Origin: Patescibacteria group bacterium
GTDB lineage: Bacteria > Patescibacteriota > Kazan-3B-28
Assembly: GCA_041649135.1 (NCBI GenBank)
Contig: JBAZNQ010000001.1
Span: 361,983-425,982, forward strand
DNA: 64,000 nt
Direction: 5' to 3'
Shown here piece by piece: positions 47,298 to 56,813 of the stretch. Each line of letters begins with the position of its first letter. The first letter of the stretch is position 1. The position numbers and the translations under genes were made by a program. The notes under the pieces were generated by a model. It saw only the letters and a program-made list of their open reading frames with translations, was not told where the DNA came from and made no database searches.

Positions 47298-47565
47298 TGA
47301 CAAATCACCTATTCTGTGATTAATTACAAGAGGTCACCAAGCTTGCGCAAGGTAGCTGTTTTTAATTGAAATAGCAAGTTAATGAACATCGCGCCAGTTA
47401 ATCCTAGCTGGCTCATATCATTAAACGGACCGACCTATTAGTAAGCCAAATAAATCCCGCCCGACCAAACTCTCTGATCGACTCAAAAGTCGGCGGGCAC
47501 AACCAGTCATCAACCAACCACCGGCCATCCACCCGGAGGTTTCGTCTGCCCAACCCAAACATTCT

Positions 47566-48642
47566 TTGCGTAATCTTGGCTTCGGCTCAATGAGAAAATT
47601 TAGTGTTCCAAAAGTCTCTCTCCGCCACGCCAGACGTTCTCTCCAAAGCTTCAGCAGCCATTGGGCAATTATTGTATTGGCGATCGGTGTAGTTTTAGTG
47701 GGCGCTTGGCCACGAGCTCAAGTCAGCGCTAGTGATGTTAGTCATCGTAGCCGAACCGTCGCCCAGCTAGCTTCAGCCGAATACTTTAACGAAAATGTTG
47801 CTTACGACGAAGTTATCACTACGGTTGGTGATAATAACGACTATTTATTCAAAACTGGTGCTACTGAAACTATCATCACTCGCAACACCCGTACTGAAAC
47901 TATTTTTTATGATACCAAATCGGGTGAATCAGTCGCTTCAGTCGCTCGTGATTTTGGCTTAAGCCCCGATACTGTTCGTTATGTTAACAAACTTTCCAGT
48001 AATGCCCTGAAGGTTGGACAAAAACTGAAGATTCCACCAATTGATGGTATTTACGTTACCGTTCAGAAAAATGATACCTTAAGCGGTATCGCCAAAAAAT
48101 ACAAAACCGCTCTAGCCGATATCCGCAAATACAACAATTTGCCAGAAGGCGAACCGATCTTCTCCGGACAAGAAATTTTGGTTCCCGGTGTCGTCGCCCC
48201 CAAAACCACCACATCCGGTAGTGGCAGCAGTATTACTTCAAGCACCGGTGCGTTAGCCACCGCTCTACCGGGTGGCGGACAATTTATCTGGCCCACCGAA
48301 AGTCCCACTCACTTTATCTCGCAGGGATACAAAAATTATCACCGTGCCGTTGACCTCAACCGTCTCAATGGCTGGGGTATCTATGCTTCTGCCGCCGGTG
48401 TAGTCAGAACCTACTCTACTCGCTATGGTTACGGCAACTACATCGATATTAACCATGGTAATGGTTACGTTACCCGTTATGGCCACTTGAGCCAATTTAA
48501 AGTCAAAACCGGCGACTACGTTCAGCAAGGTCAGTTGATCGGTATCATGGGTTCTACTGGCCGGTCCACCGGCCCTCACCTTCACTTTGAAATCCGCAAA
48601 AACGACGCTCCCCAAAATCCATTGAACTACTTGCCCCGTTAG
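47566..48642 (+). CDS. LysM + M23 peptidase
   Basis: Two LysM domains; HRAVD, YGH, STGPHLHFE. Confidence 0.93.
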   Translation: MRNLGFGSMRKFSVPKVSLRHARRSLQSFSSHWAIIVLAIGVVLVGAWPRAQVSASDVSHRSRTVAQLASAEYFNENVAYDEVITTVGDNNDYLFKTGATETIITRNTRTETIFYDTKSGESVASVARDFGLSPDTVRYVNKLSSNALKVGQKLKIPPIDGIYVTVQKNDTLSGIAKKYKTALADIRKYNNLPEGEPIFSGQEILVPGVVAPKTTTSGSGSSITSSTGALATALPGGGQFIWPTESPTHFISQGYKNYHRAVDLNRLNGWGIYASAAGVVRTYSTRYGYGNYIDINHGNGYVTRYGHLSQFKVKTGDYVQQGQLIGIMGSTGRSTGPHLHFEIRKNDAPQNPLNYLPR

Positions 48643-48844
48643 AAGAGGGCTTAGCCATAGTTTCTAATCGGGACCTCCCGAGATAGTTAAGCAATCTAAT
48701 CAATCTCACCCCTACTTCGCTGAAGCTACGAAGGGTCTACGACAATCTTCACCGATCTGACCAATCTTTTGGTTAGATTGGAACAAATTGGATAGATTAT
48801 TTTGTCGATGGCAATCGACAAGAATATGTCGCACAATATAAACA

Positions 48845-49765
48845 ATGAGCAATAATTTCAAAGACTACATTCAGGATTTTCTCGACCACCTTGAGGTTGA
48901 AAAAAACCGTAGCCCCAAAACCCTAGAGAACTATCAACATTACCTAGACCGGTTTAATACTTTCGCCAAAGAATCTGGGCAACCATCGCTCTCGCCTGCT
49001 AACATCACTCTGCCATTAGTCCGTAAATATCGTTTGTATCTAAATCGTGTTACTGACAGCAAAGGCGAACCATTAAAACTTTCCACCCAAAATTATCACA
49101 TCATTGCCCTGCGGGCTTTTCTGAAATTCTTGGCCAAACAGGATATCAAAACTTTGTCCGCCGAAAAGATCGAACTCGGCAAGACTCCTCAACGCACGGT
49201 CGATTTTCTAGAAATTGACGAAGTTGAAAGATTGTTTGAAGCCGTCCCCAAAAACGACAAGCTCATCAGTCTGCGAGACGAGGCCATTCTCCAAACCTTA
49301 TTCTCCACCGGCTTACGCGTTTCCGAACTTTGCAGTTTAAGCCGCGATAAAATTAACCTCGATCGCGGTGAATTTATGGTTCGTGGAAAAGGCAACAAAC
49401 CCCGCATCGTCTTTCTCTCACCCGATGCCAAAGCCGCCATCTCGCTTTATCTCAAAAAACGTCCCGACAACAACGAATTTGTTTTCATTTCTCACGGCAT
49501 TAATTCAAATGCCGAAAGCTTAACTCCCCGTTCAGTCCAGCGAATTATTCAAAAATATGCCATCAAAGCTGGCCTAGTAAAAAAAGTCACACCCCATACC
49601 TTACGCCATTCCTACGCTACTGACTTATTAATTAACGGCGCCGATATCCGCTCCGTCCAAGCCCTGCTCGGTCATTCCTCCATCACCACCACGCAGGTCT
49701 ACACCCACATCACCAACCGCCAACTCGGCGAGGTGCACAAGGCATTTCACGGGAGAAGAAAATAA
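48845..49765 (+). CDS. xerC: Xer-type tyrosine recombinase
   Basis: STGLRVSEL, GKG, TPHTLRHSYAT, LGH, TTQVY; N-terminal SAM-like domain. XerC versus XerD cannot be resolved. Confidence 0.85.
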   Translation: MSNNFKDYIQDFLDHLEVEKNRSPKTLENYQHYLDRFNTFAKESGQPSLSPANITLPLVRKYRLYLNRVTDSKGEPLKLSTQNYHIIALRAFLKFLAKQDIKTLSAEKIELGKTPQRTVDFLEIDEVERLFEAVPKNDKLISLRDEAILQTLFSTGLRVSELCSLSRDKINLDRGEFMVRGKGNKPRIVFLSPDAKAAISLYLKKRPDNNEFVFISHGINSNAESLTPRSVQRIIQKYAIKAGLVKKVTPHTLRHSYATDLLINGADIRSVQALLGHSSITTTQVYTHITNRQLGEVHKAFHGRRK

Positions 49766-49833
49766 CACATACGCAACATACACCACGCCCCAGGGTCAAA
49801 GCCACATGCGTTCCACTTGTCACGCCGGAGATG

Positions 49834-50139
49834 CTAGCTGATCCGTTCTGTCCCGTCACCTGAAAAATCTTCGGAAACGTCCATCCCGTACAGTTCGCGC
49901 AGCTCACCATACACCCTATTCAGATCATTGCTATCACCCATCCTCCTAATCGCCGCCTTTCGGCCAATATGGTTTACAGAGATCGGTCTGTCAAATCCGC
50001 CAGAGCAATCTTGCATCCCGGGTTCCGCAAACTGAAAAGTACCCGACTCGAAACGTTCCCGATCAACCACCTCTTGCCGGTCTTCCTCGATGACTGCATC
50101 CTTAGGACGCTGCCTCTCGTAGTCCTCAAATAATCCCAT
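49834..50139 (-). CDS. Hypothetical protein
   Basis: 101-aa ORF; no family recognised. Confidence 0.5.
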   Translation of the reverse strand: MGLFEDYERQRPKDAVIEEDRQEVVDRERFESGTFQFAEPGMQDCSGGFDRPISVNHIGRKAAIRRMGDSNDLNRVYGELRELYGMDVSEDFSGDGTERIS

Positions 50140-50246
50140 TATGCCTAAGTTTAATACCTATAACATCGTTGCGAGCGTATCAAAAAATGCGCCCCCAGTC
50201 AAGCTTTTTGACGCCCCTAGATTATAGCCCGCCGCAAACAATAGCC

Positions 50247-50286
50247 TGTATTACGTATATGTACGATCGTACATATTCGTAATACA
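50247..50286. repeat. 40-bp near-perfect palindrome, second copy
   Basis: TGTATTACGTATATGTACGATCGTACATATTCGTAATACA. Confidence 0.9.
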
Positions 50287-50349
50287 AACATATTAAACAA
50301 AACAAATAAAAAAGGGCGTACGTTTTCACACACGCCCGAACCCCGATGT

Positions 50350-50880
50350 TCACGCACCCAGAGCAAGTTCCAACGAACTTGCCTCGGCATGCCCGCGCAA
50401 TTCCGTATCTTTTTGGGAGCATAACTCTCCCAACTTTCCGCAAAATTCGCACAGGCACTCCAGATTCCCAGACGCCCAATTGCCACCGATGACAGCCGCA
50501 AAAGTGGCAATCAGTTTCCCGTAGTGGGCATCACTCGGTATACGAGCTACCGCTTCCGCCACTTCTGCTGCCGTTGGATGTGAAGCAAGCAATCGTTTTC
50601 CTTCATCTTCCGTTAGTAGACCCATCGCTCGATTCACTACTGGGAATATGGCCAGCATCTCGCCCAGCTCACCAAGCGGGCCCGACCATTCGCCCCCCGA
50701 AAAAATTCGCATCGCCCCACGAGCCCGTCTCGCCTGCTTCTCCACCTCCCGCAAACGGGAGATGTCTGTCTGGCACAATATTCCTCCTTTTGCCAGATCC
50801 TCCAGCACAGGCACAAGCTGCTTACAGCATATGGCCAAACACAGCCAGTCACTAGCGATCATCTGCTTCTCCTTCGACAA
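50350..50880 (-). CDS. Hypothetical protein
   Basis: 176-aa ORF; SD AAGGAG before an internal ATG. Confidence 0.55.
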   Translation of the reverse strand: MSKEKQMIASDWLCLAICCKQLVPVLEDLAKGGILCQTDISRLREVEKQARRARGAMRIFSGGEWSGPLGELGEMLAIFPVVNRAMGLLTEDEGKRLLASHPTAAEVAEAVARIPSDAHYGKLIATFAAVIGGNWASGNLECLCEFCGKLGELCSQKDTELRGHAEASSLELALGA

Positions 50881-50932
50881 GGTTCAAATGAGCTCATTCT
50901 AAGCCCAACTGGCTCTAAGTCAAATTCTCACA

Positions 50933-51703
50933 CTAGCTTAATTGCCCCAGCACAGAAAGCGACTTTATCCGCCGATCGGTCGTATATTCTACAAACTCCG
51001 ACATCAGTCGAGACACTTCCTCGGCTATTTCACTGCCTACCTTCACTTTCCCAATCGCATCTAACGGATACCTTTGCAGCAATCGCAATAATTTAATCCC
51101 ATCACAGGATATTTCCGGTGCAAAATCGTCTTGATTTTTCCCGTCGCAGAATACGCCACCCAACCGATAACTAAAATGTAGCTGGTTGTCTTCGCTTAGC
51201 TCCCGCCCCGACACCACACACCGATACAGCTCCGGCGCAAATCCCAATCCTGTTAAAAGCTTTATTTCAAAATAAGTCTTTAAAATATTTAATGGCAAAA
51301 TATTATCCTCAATCGCCGACAAGCCTTCTCGCAACAAACTAAATACTTCCGGCACATCCCCCGAGGGGGTTCCGTCGGAAATGGTTTCTTCGATCAACTT
51401 ATCCACTAGCTCACAAAAGTAAAACATCAGTCCCGTTTCTTGTAATGTCGGTTCACTCGCGACTCGCGACTCGCGACTTGCGACTGCCCCGACCACAATG
51501 TCCAAATTCCTTCCCTCTGCTAGTTCTAATTGATTGTCCGCAAACATATCTAACCAACCAGCCAGCTTTGCTCTAGGTCTCCGCACCCCCTTTGCCACCA
51601 CTCGCATTTTCCCCCTATCGGAAGTTAGGATCGTTAAAATCCGGTCGGCCTCACCGAAATTCACTTTCCTGATTACGATCCCCCGAGTTCTTGTTGTGGG
51701 CAT
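50933..51703 (-). CDS. recO: DNA repair protein RecO with two in-frame repeat insertions
   Basis: GIVIRKVNFGEADRILT, AKGVRR, LGFAPELYRC. Confidence 0.93.
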   Translation of the reverse strand: MPTTRTRGIVIRKVNFGEADRILTILTSDRGKMRVVAKGVRRPRAKLAGWLDMFADNQLELAEGRNLDIVVGAVASRESRVASEPTLQETGLMFYFCELVDKLIEETISDGTPSGDVPEVFSLLREGLSAIEDNILPLNILKTYFEIKLLTGLGFAPELYRCVVSGRELSEDNQLHFSYRLGGVFCDGKNQDDFAPEISCDGIKLLRLLQRYPLDAIGKVKVGSEIAEEVSRLMSEFVEYTTDRRIKSLSVLGQLS

Positions 51704-51731
51704 AATCCAATCGTAACAAAAAAGGCGGGTT

Positions 51732-52289
51732 CTAACCCGCCTCTACTCCACGGCCCAACAGGTGCTTCAAAATGTTGTACGAAGTCATGGCTCCGTTAAT
51801 CGCCCGATGCGGATAAGGTTCCGGCCGGATCCCGAGCAGAATGGCAATATCACTCAGACCAAGCTTCTCGGGGCATCGGTCGCGCAACCCAGACCAAGCA
51901 AGAGTCCACTCATCAATCCGATGATAGTCCATCGGGTCCTCAATGCCGGTTTTGCGAAATGCCTCAGCAATAAAAGCATAGTCAAATGTTGGATTGTGAG
52001 CAGCAAATATGGCGCCCCTCACCAGTTCAGCATACTGCTCCATTGCCTCTCGCAGTGAAACCGCATCCCGCCAGTCGTGCGCATTGTAGCCGTTTATTCT
52101 CTCTGCTTCTTCAGTGATGCGCTCTGGATATTCTGGCCGAACTTTGATGGACAAGGTACTCACGATCTCTAAACCGGGTTGAGCGATCACGACCAGACCA
52201 ATCTCGATGATCTCATGGGAAGCAACATCTATCCCAGTCGTCTCGACATCAGTAATAGCAATGTTCCTCTCGCAGATCCCCATTGCCAA
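51732..52289 (-). CDS. DEDDh 3'-5' exonuclease
   Basis: DVETTG, EIIEIG, AHNPTFD, HRA. Confidence 0.88.
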   Translation of the reverse strand: MAMGICERNIAITDVETTGIDVASHEIIEIGLVVIAQPGLEIVSTLSIKVRPEYPERITEEAERINGYNAHDWRDAVSLREAMEQYAELVRGAIFAAHNPTFDYAFIAEAFRKTGIEDPMDYHRIDEWTLAWSGLRDRCPEKLGLSDIAILLGIRPEPYPHRAINGAMTSYNILKHLLGRGVEAG

Positions 52290-52373
52290 TACCTCCTTCA
52301 GTAAAATCTACTAGACACCCCATGCTACCACAACCCAACTTCCCCCATCAATCAGACTCTGCTACTATGAGCT

Positions 52374-52970
52374 GTGGAAATCGAGTCAAAAATCTATACC
52401 CGAACAGGCGATTCTGGCACTACTGGCCTGTATAAAGGCCCGTCTACCCGCAATGCTACTCAAAGTGTTGTAGGCGGCGGGCAGGTTAGCAAATCCTCTC
52501 TCCGCGTTGCCACCTATGGCATGGTGGACGAGCTGAATGCCACTGTATCCGCGGCGAAAGCTTTTAGTAATCATGAAGATATCAAAAAACTGCTCGGACG
52601 AATTCAGCACAAATTAATGAACATCGCCTCGATTTTGGCGTCCGAACAAAGCAACCCCCCCAAAGAAACTTTACCGATACTTTCCGAATTAGATGTTATC
52701 GGGCTCGAACGTTGTATCGATTACTTTACTCATGAACTTCCGCCGATCAGTAATTTTATTATCGCAGGGCTTAACCAAGCCGGCGCAATGTTGGATGTCG
52801 CCAGAACTGTTTGCCGCCGTACTGAACGACAAATCGTTTTATTATCCGACACCGAATCAGTTCCTCCTGTTATCCAAAAGTTTCTCAATCGTCTGTCCGA
52901 CCTATTATTTGTCCTTGAACGCTACGAACACCACCAAAGCGGATTTGGTGATGTGATGTGGGAGAAGTAA
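52374..52970 (+). CDS. Cob(I)alamin adenosyltransferase, PduO type
   Basis: KIYTRTGDSGTT, YGMVDELN, ARTVCRRTER, LNRLSDLLF. Confidence 0.92.
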   Translation: MEIESKIYTRTGDSGTTGLYKGPSTRNATQSVVGGGQVSKSSLRVATYGMVDELNATVSAAKAFSNHEDIKKLLGRIQHKLMNIASILASEQSNPPKETLPILSELDVIGLERCIDYFTHELPPISNFIIAGLNQAGAMLDVARTVCRRTERQIVLLSDTESVPPVIQKFLNRLSDLLFVLERYEHHQSGFGDVMWEK

Positions 52971-53046
52971 TCTCTACCTCCAACCAAAAGCACAAACCAT
53001 CTTGGTGATTGATGATTGGTGATTGGATATTACGGCAAAGCCGTTC

Positions 53047-53123
53047 TGGTGGGCGTGCCTGGATTCGAACCAGGGACCTCTGTCTTATCAGGACAGCGCT
53101 CTAACCAACTGAGCTACACGCCC
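53047..53123 (-). tRNA. tRNA-Ile(GAT)
   Basis: GGGCGTG...CACGCCCACCA, anticodon GAT. Confidence 0.95.
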
Positions 53124-53208
53124 GTTCGTCCAAGCGACAATAGGACACGACTAGATTAGCAAAAAATCCGCTTCCAATCAATCCGATTTTTCGAGGTATA
53201 ATTCAGAT

Positions 53209-53430
53209 ATGAGATGGTGGCTATTCTTTATTTTTGTCGGCATTGGTCTACCGTGGACGATCTATTATAAAAAACTTGCCGAATTAGTTGGCTACAAAAT
53301 TGCTTGGGCAGAAAAATACCTCGGCGGCGGTGGCACCTATACTGCTTACTTTATCTTTGGTATAGTCTTTATCATCCTAGGTTTTCTCATTGGTTTTGGG
53401 ATAATCGACCTAGGTTGGTTCGGAATGTAA
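53209..53430 (+). CDS. Small 2-TM membrane protein
   Basis: WAEKYLGGGGTYTAY between two hydrophobic helices. Confidence 0.7.
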   Translation: MRWWLFFIFVGIGLPWTIYYKKLAELVGYKIAWAEKYLGGGGTYTAYFIFGIVFIILGFLIGFGIIDLGWFGM

Positions 53431-53437
53431 TTGACAA

Positions 53438-53513
53438 GGGCCCGTAGTTCATCTGGTAGAACGCCACATTTGCAATGTGGAGGTAAGCGGTTCGAGTCCG
53501 CTCGGGTCCACCA
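53438..53513 (+). tRNA. tRNA-Ala(TGC)
   Basis: GGGCCCG...CGGGTCCACCA, anticodon TGC. Confidence 0.95.
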
Positions 53514-53573
53514 AAAACAAATAAAAAAATAAGCCTTTTGTTAACGCAGTGGCTTTTAACTGCGGAGACCTCG

Positions 53574-53822
53574 TCAACTCGTAGCCTCATTCAAGACTTG
53601 GTGCGAACACCGCTCTTGTCTTATTCGTTCATGTTCAGAACGCCAATAGTGGCTGTAAGGCAACAGAGCCATGGCAACAAACAACGCACCGCTCAACCAA
53701 CCTGTTGTCGCATCGCCAGTATGAATGAATGTGATAAGCCCAACGACACAACCCCACCATGCTAGTGCCACCAAGTGTTGCACGATTGCCAACCACAAGG
53801 GGACGAGTACGAGAGACATGCG
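53574..53822 (-). CDS. Small membrane protein
   Basis: SD GGAGGTG before the ATG; hydrophobic segments. Confidence 0.5.
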   Translation of the reverse strand, partial: RMSLVLVPLWLAIVQHLVALAWWGCVVGLITFIHTGDATTGWLSGALFVAMALLPYSHYWRSEHERIRQERCSHQVLNEATS

Positions 53823-54413
53823 CATGCTACACCTCCGAATCAAGGTACCCCTACCCTACTATAAAATCCGCTCCCAAGCAATACTTCTCCTCTTTGAGCC
53901 AATTGTGCCTTGTTTTAATCCGGCCCTTCAACGGAGGGGCGTTCTGAATTGAGCTAAATTGGCGCAGGCGTAGGCATGTCTGACGAGGTGGCAACCGAGA
54001 AGTTTGCCGATAGCGAAGAAAGCCAATTTAGCCAATGAATAGACCCGTAGTTGCGGGCCACGGCTTTGGTTACTTTCGCCAAGACGAAAGTAACGCCGGA
54101 TCGAACGCCGGCGCAGCGTTCGAAACTACAAACACCGCCTTTCAGCGGTGCTCATATTTTCTAACCAGAAAGTACCCAGAGAGCTTTCACGTTTAAACCA
54201 CAAGTTGTCGTCTAAACGTGCGACCGTGTTCTATAGAAGATAGAACTGCAACCAAGCTTTCACTTGGTCAGTAATCTCCCTAGAAAGGAGGTATTCCATC
54301 CCCACCTTCCGGTAGGGATACCTTGTTACGACTTCACCCCGATCATGAGCTCCACCTTAGGCCTCTTGCGAAGATTTCGGATGTTTCTCACTTTCTTGGT
54401 GTGACGGGCGGTG

Positions 54414-55199
54414 ATTGCGATTAGGTAGTTTCTATCGCTCCCCACTGGACGTGCGTGTCTAGCGCATCCAGCGAGTCTCTATGTCGTATTAATCCGATTC
54501 TAGCTATCCCTGTAGCGGTTAGATGTTCTTTCCGCTCTATCATTTCTGCAACTTCACAAAACTTTTCGAATTGTAATTTTTTCTTGGCTTGAAGCGGGTA
54601 ACTTCGGAAGAAAGGAATAATCTTATTCCTGATATCCGAGAAGTTGCTCACTTTGTACTTCACGTGTGGTTGCCATTTATCGAACTTTTCGTATTCCAAG
54701 CGATAAATGTTGCCACAACCAAGTGTTGCTTTAATTTTCTCCAAGATAGCTTCATCATCTTCCCGAAGTTCAATCTCGAAAATCAATCGAACTTCCGGTA
54801 AACGACTGCCGTTTTTATTGACTGTGATGCAAAAACATCCTTCTCCGTCAACAAATCCGACAATATAGTTTGGATCTAACATAGAGTTCACCCCTTCATC
54901 TGCTCTTATTATAGAACAAACTACTACGGGCTCAGCTGACTTCCTTTTGACCATAACAACTACACTCGTCAAAAGGATCTCCCTGGGTCACACATTGGGC
55001 TATTTCTGACATTCCTACGCGAGCTCTTCTATGGTTTCTTCTCTTGCGTACACGGCAAGATCGAAACGCTCTTAAATGCGTAAGACTACCATTTGCATAT
55101 TGGCTCCTTCAGGCTTTTCCTTACGGAAGAAGCCCTAGCCTTAGCTATAAAGTCGGATTCTCACCGACTAGTCCAATGCGCTGCCAGGCGCATTTATTT
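54414..55199 (-). mobile_element. Group II intron (IIC-like) in 16S rRNA after E. coli position 1396
   Basis: Splits TTGTACA^CACCGCCCGTC; domain V CGCTGGATGCG...CGCACGTCCAGTG with CGC triad; 3' end AAT; EBS1 loop TGTAC complementary to exon GTACA. Confidence 0.85.
54421..54882 (-). CDS. Intron-encoded single-motif LAGLIDADG homing endonuclease
   Basis: YIVGFVDGEGCF, LGCGNIY, IIPFFRSYPLQAKKKLQF, EHLT. Confidence 0.92.
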   Translation of the reverse strand: MLDPNYIVGFVDGEGCFCITVNKNGSRLPEVRLIFEIELREDDEAILEKIKATLGCGNIYRLEYEKFDKWQPHVKYKVSNFSDIRNKIIPFFRSYPLQAKKKLQFEKFCEVAEMIERKEHLTATGIARIGLIRHRDSLDALDTHVQWGAIETT

Positions 55200-55624
55200 T
55201 GTACAAGACCCGAGAACGTATTCACCGCAACATGGCTGATTTGCGGTTACTAGCGATTCCGGCTTCATGGGGTCGAGTTGCAGACCCCAATCCGAACTGG
55301 GGGTAGTTTTGCTGGGTTTGGCTCCACCTTACGGCTTAGCGTCCCATTGTGACCTACCCATTGTAGCACGTGTGTCGCCCAAGATATAAAGGCCACGCTG
55401 ATTTGACGTCATCCCCACCTTCCTCCGTGTTAACCACGGCAGTCTCGCCAGACACTTGTAACTGGCAATAGGGGTTGCGCTCGTTATCCGACTTAACGGT
55501 ACATTTCACAACACGAGCTGACGACAACCGTGCAGCACCTGTCTCTGCTGTCTTGCGAGGGGCTCTATTTCTAGTGCCTTTCAGCAGGATGTCAAATCTT
55601 GGTGAGGTGCCCGGCTTACCATCC

Positions 55625-55679
<55 letters not shown>

Positions 55680-55780
55680 TAGTCTTGCGACCGTACTCCC
55701 CAGGCGGGATACTTAACGCGTTAGCTTCGTCACTGGGGGGGTCGAAGCCACCAATGACTAGTATCCATCGTTTAGGGCGT

Positions 55781-55814
<34 letters not shown>

Positions 55815-56202
55815 ACGCTTTCGTCCATGAGTGTCAGGGCCGGCCCAGTTGTCTGCCTTCGCCTTTGGTGTTCCTTATCGTATCAACGGATATTACCCCT
55901 ACTCGATAAGTTCCGACAACCTCTACCGGCCTCAAGACCAACAGTTTCCAACACCTTCCCTCGGTTGAGCCGAGATATTTAACGTTGGACTTGTTGATCC
56001 ACCTGCGGACCCTTTACGCCCAGTGAATCCGAATAACGCTTGGCGCCTACGTATTACCGCTGCTGCTGGCACGTAGTTAGCAGCGCCTTATTCGCTTAGT
56101 ACCGTCATAATCTTCCTAAGCAAAAGAAGTTTACAAACCGAAGTCCGTCTTCCTTCACGCGGCATTGCTCCATCAGGCTTTCGCCCATTGTGGAAAATCC
56201 CT

Positions 56203-56247
<45 letters not shown>

Positions 56248-56813
56248 CTGGGGGGTCACCCTCTCAAGCCCCCTACCGATCAGTGCCTTGGTAGGCCTTT
56301 ACCCCACCAACAAGCTAATCGGACGCAGGTCTCTCTTCGAGCGATAAATCTTTCCTCTTACGAGAATATCCAGAATTATCCTGCCTTTCGGCAGGTTATG
56401 CTGAACTCGAAGGTAAGTCCCCACGTGTTACTCAGCCGTTCGCCATGGTACCCTTGCGGGCCATTCAACTTGCATGTGTTAGGCATGCCGCCAGCGTTAA
56501 TCCTGAGCTAGGATCAAACTCTCAAAAAAGTATATTTTTATTCCACTTCTGGAATTTAAAGTTTTGAATTCACGAAGCTCTCTAAGTACTCTCTAGTTGG
56601 AAAAGTACGACTAGTTGAGAGTCGCGCTATCCACCAGAGGCCAAATAAAACCAAGATTCCGGTTACCGGAATCCGCAAGGTTTACAGTTCGACCTGACTG
56701 GAAAAGATTAATACAACTCTAGTGGGTATTTTAATCCCCACCACCACCCCTGTCAACACTCTAATTTCAAAGGCGGCGTTCAGCTGAACGCCGCCTTATA
56801 ACCTGTTCAAGGT

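Noticed and set aside
48826-48853. dif-like site upstream of the xer gene
   Set aside because: Only the left arm resembles dif; the right arm is poor and overlaps the start codon, so a promoter is more likely.
48845-49765. Prophage or island integrase
   Set aside because: Size and motifs fit a chromosomal Xer; no att repeats or phage genes adjacent.
54414-55199. Group I intron, the default guess for a LAGLIDADG insert
   Set aside because: The 5' exon ends in A rather than U and the intron ends in AAT rather than G; group II domain V and EBS1 are visible.
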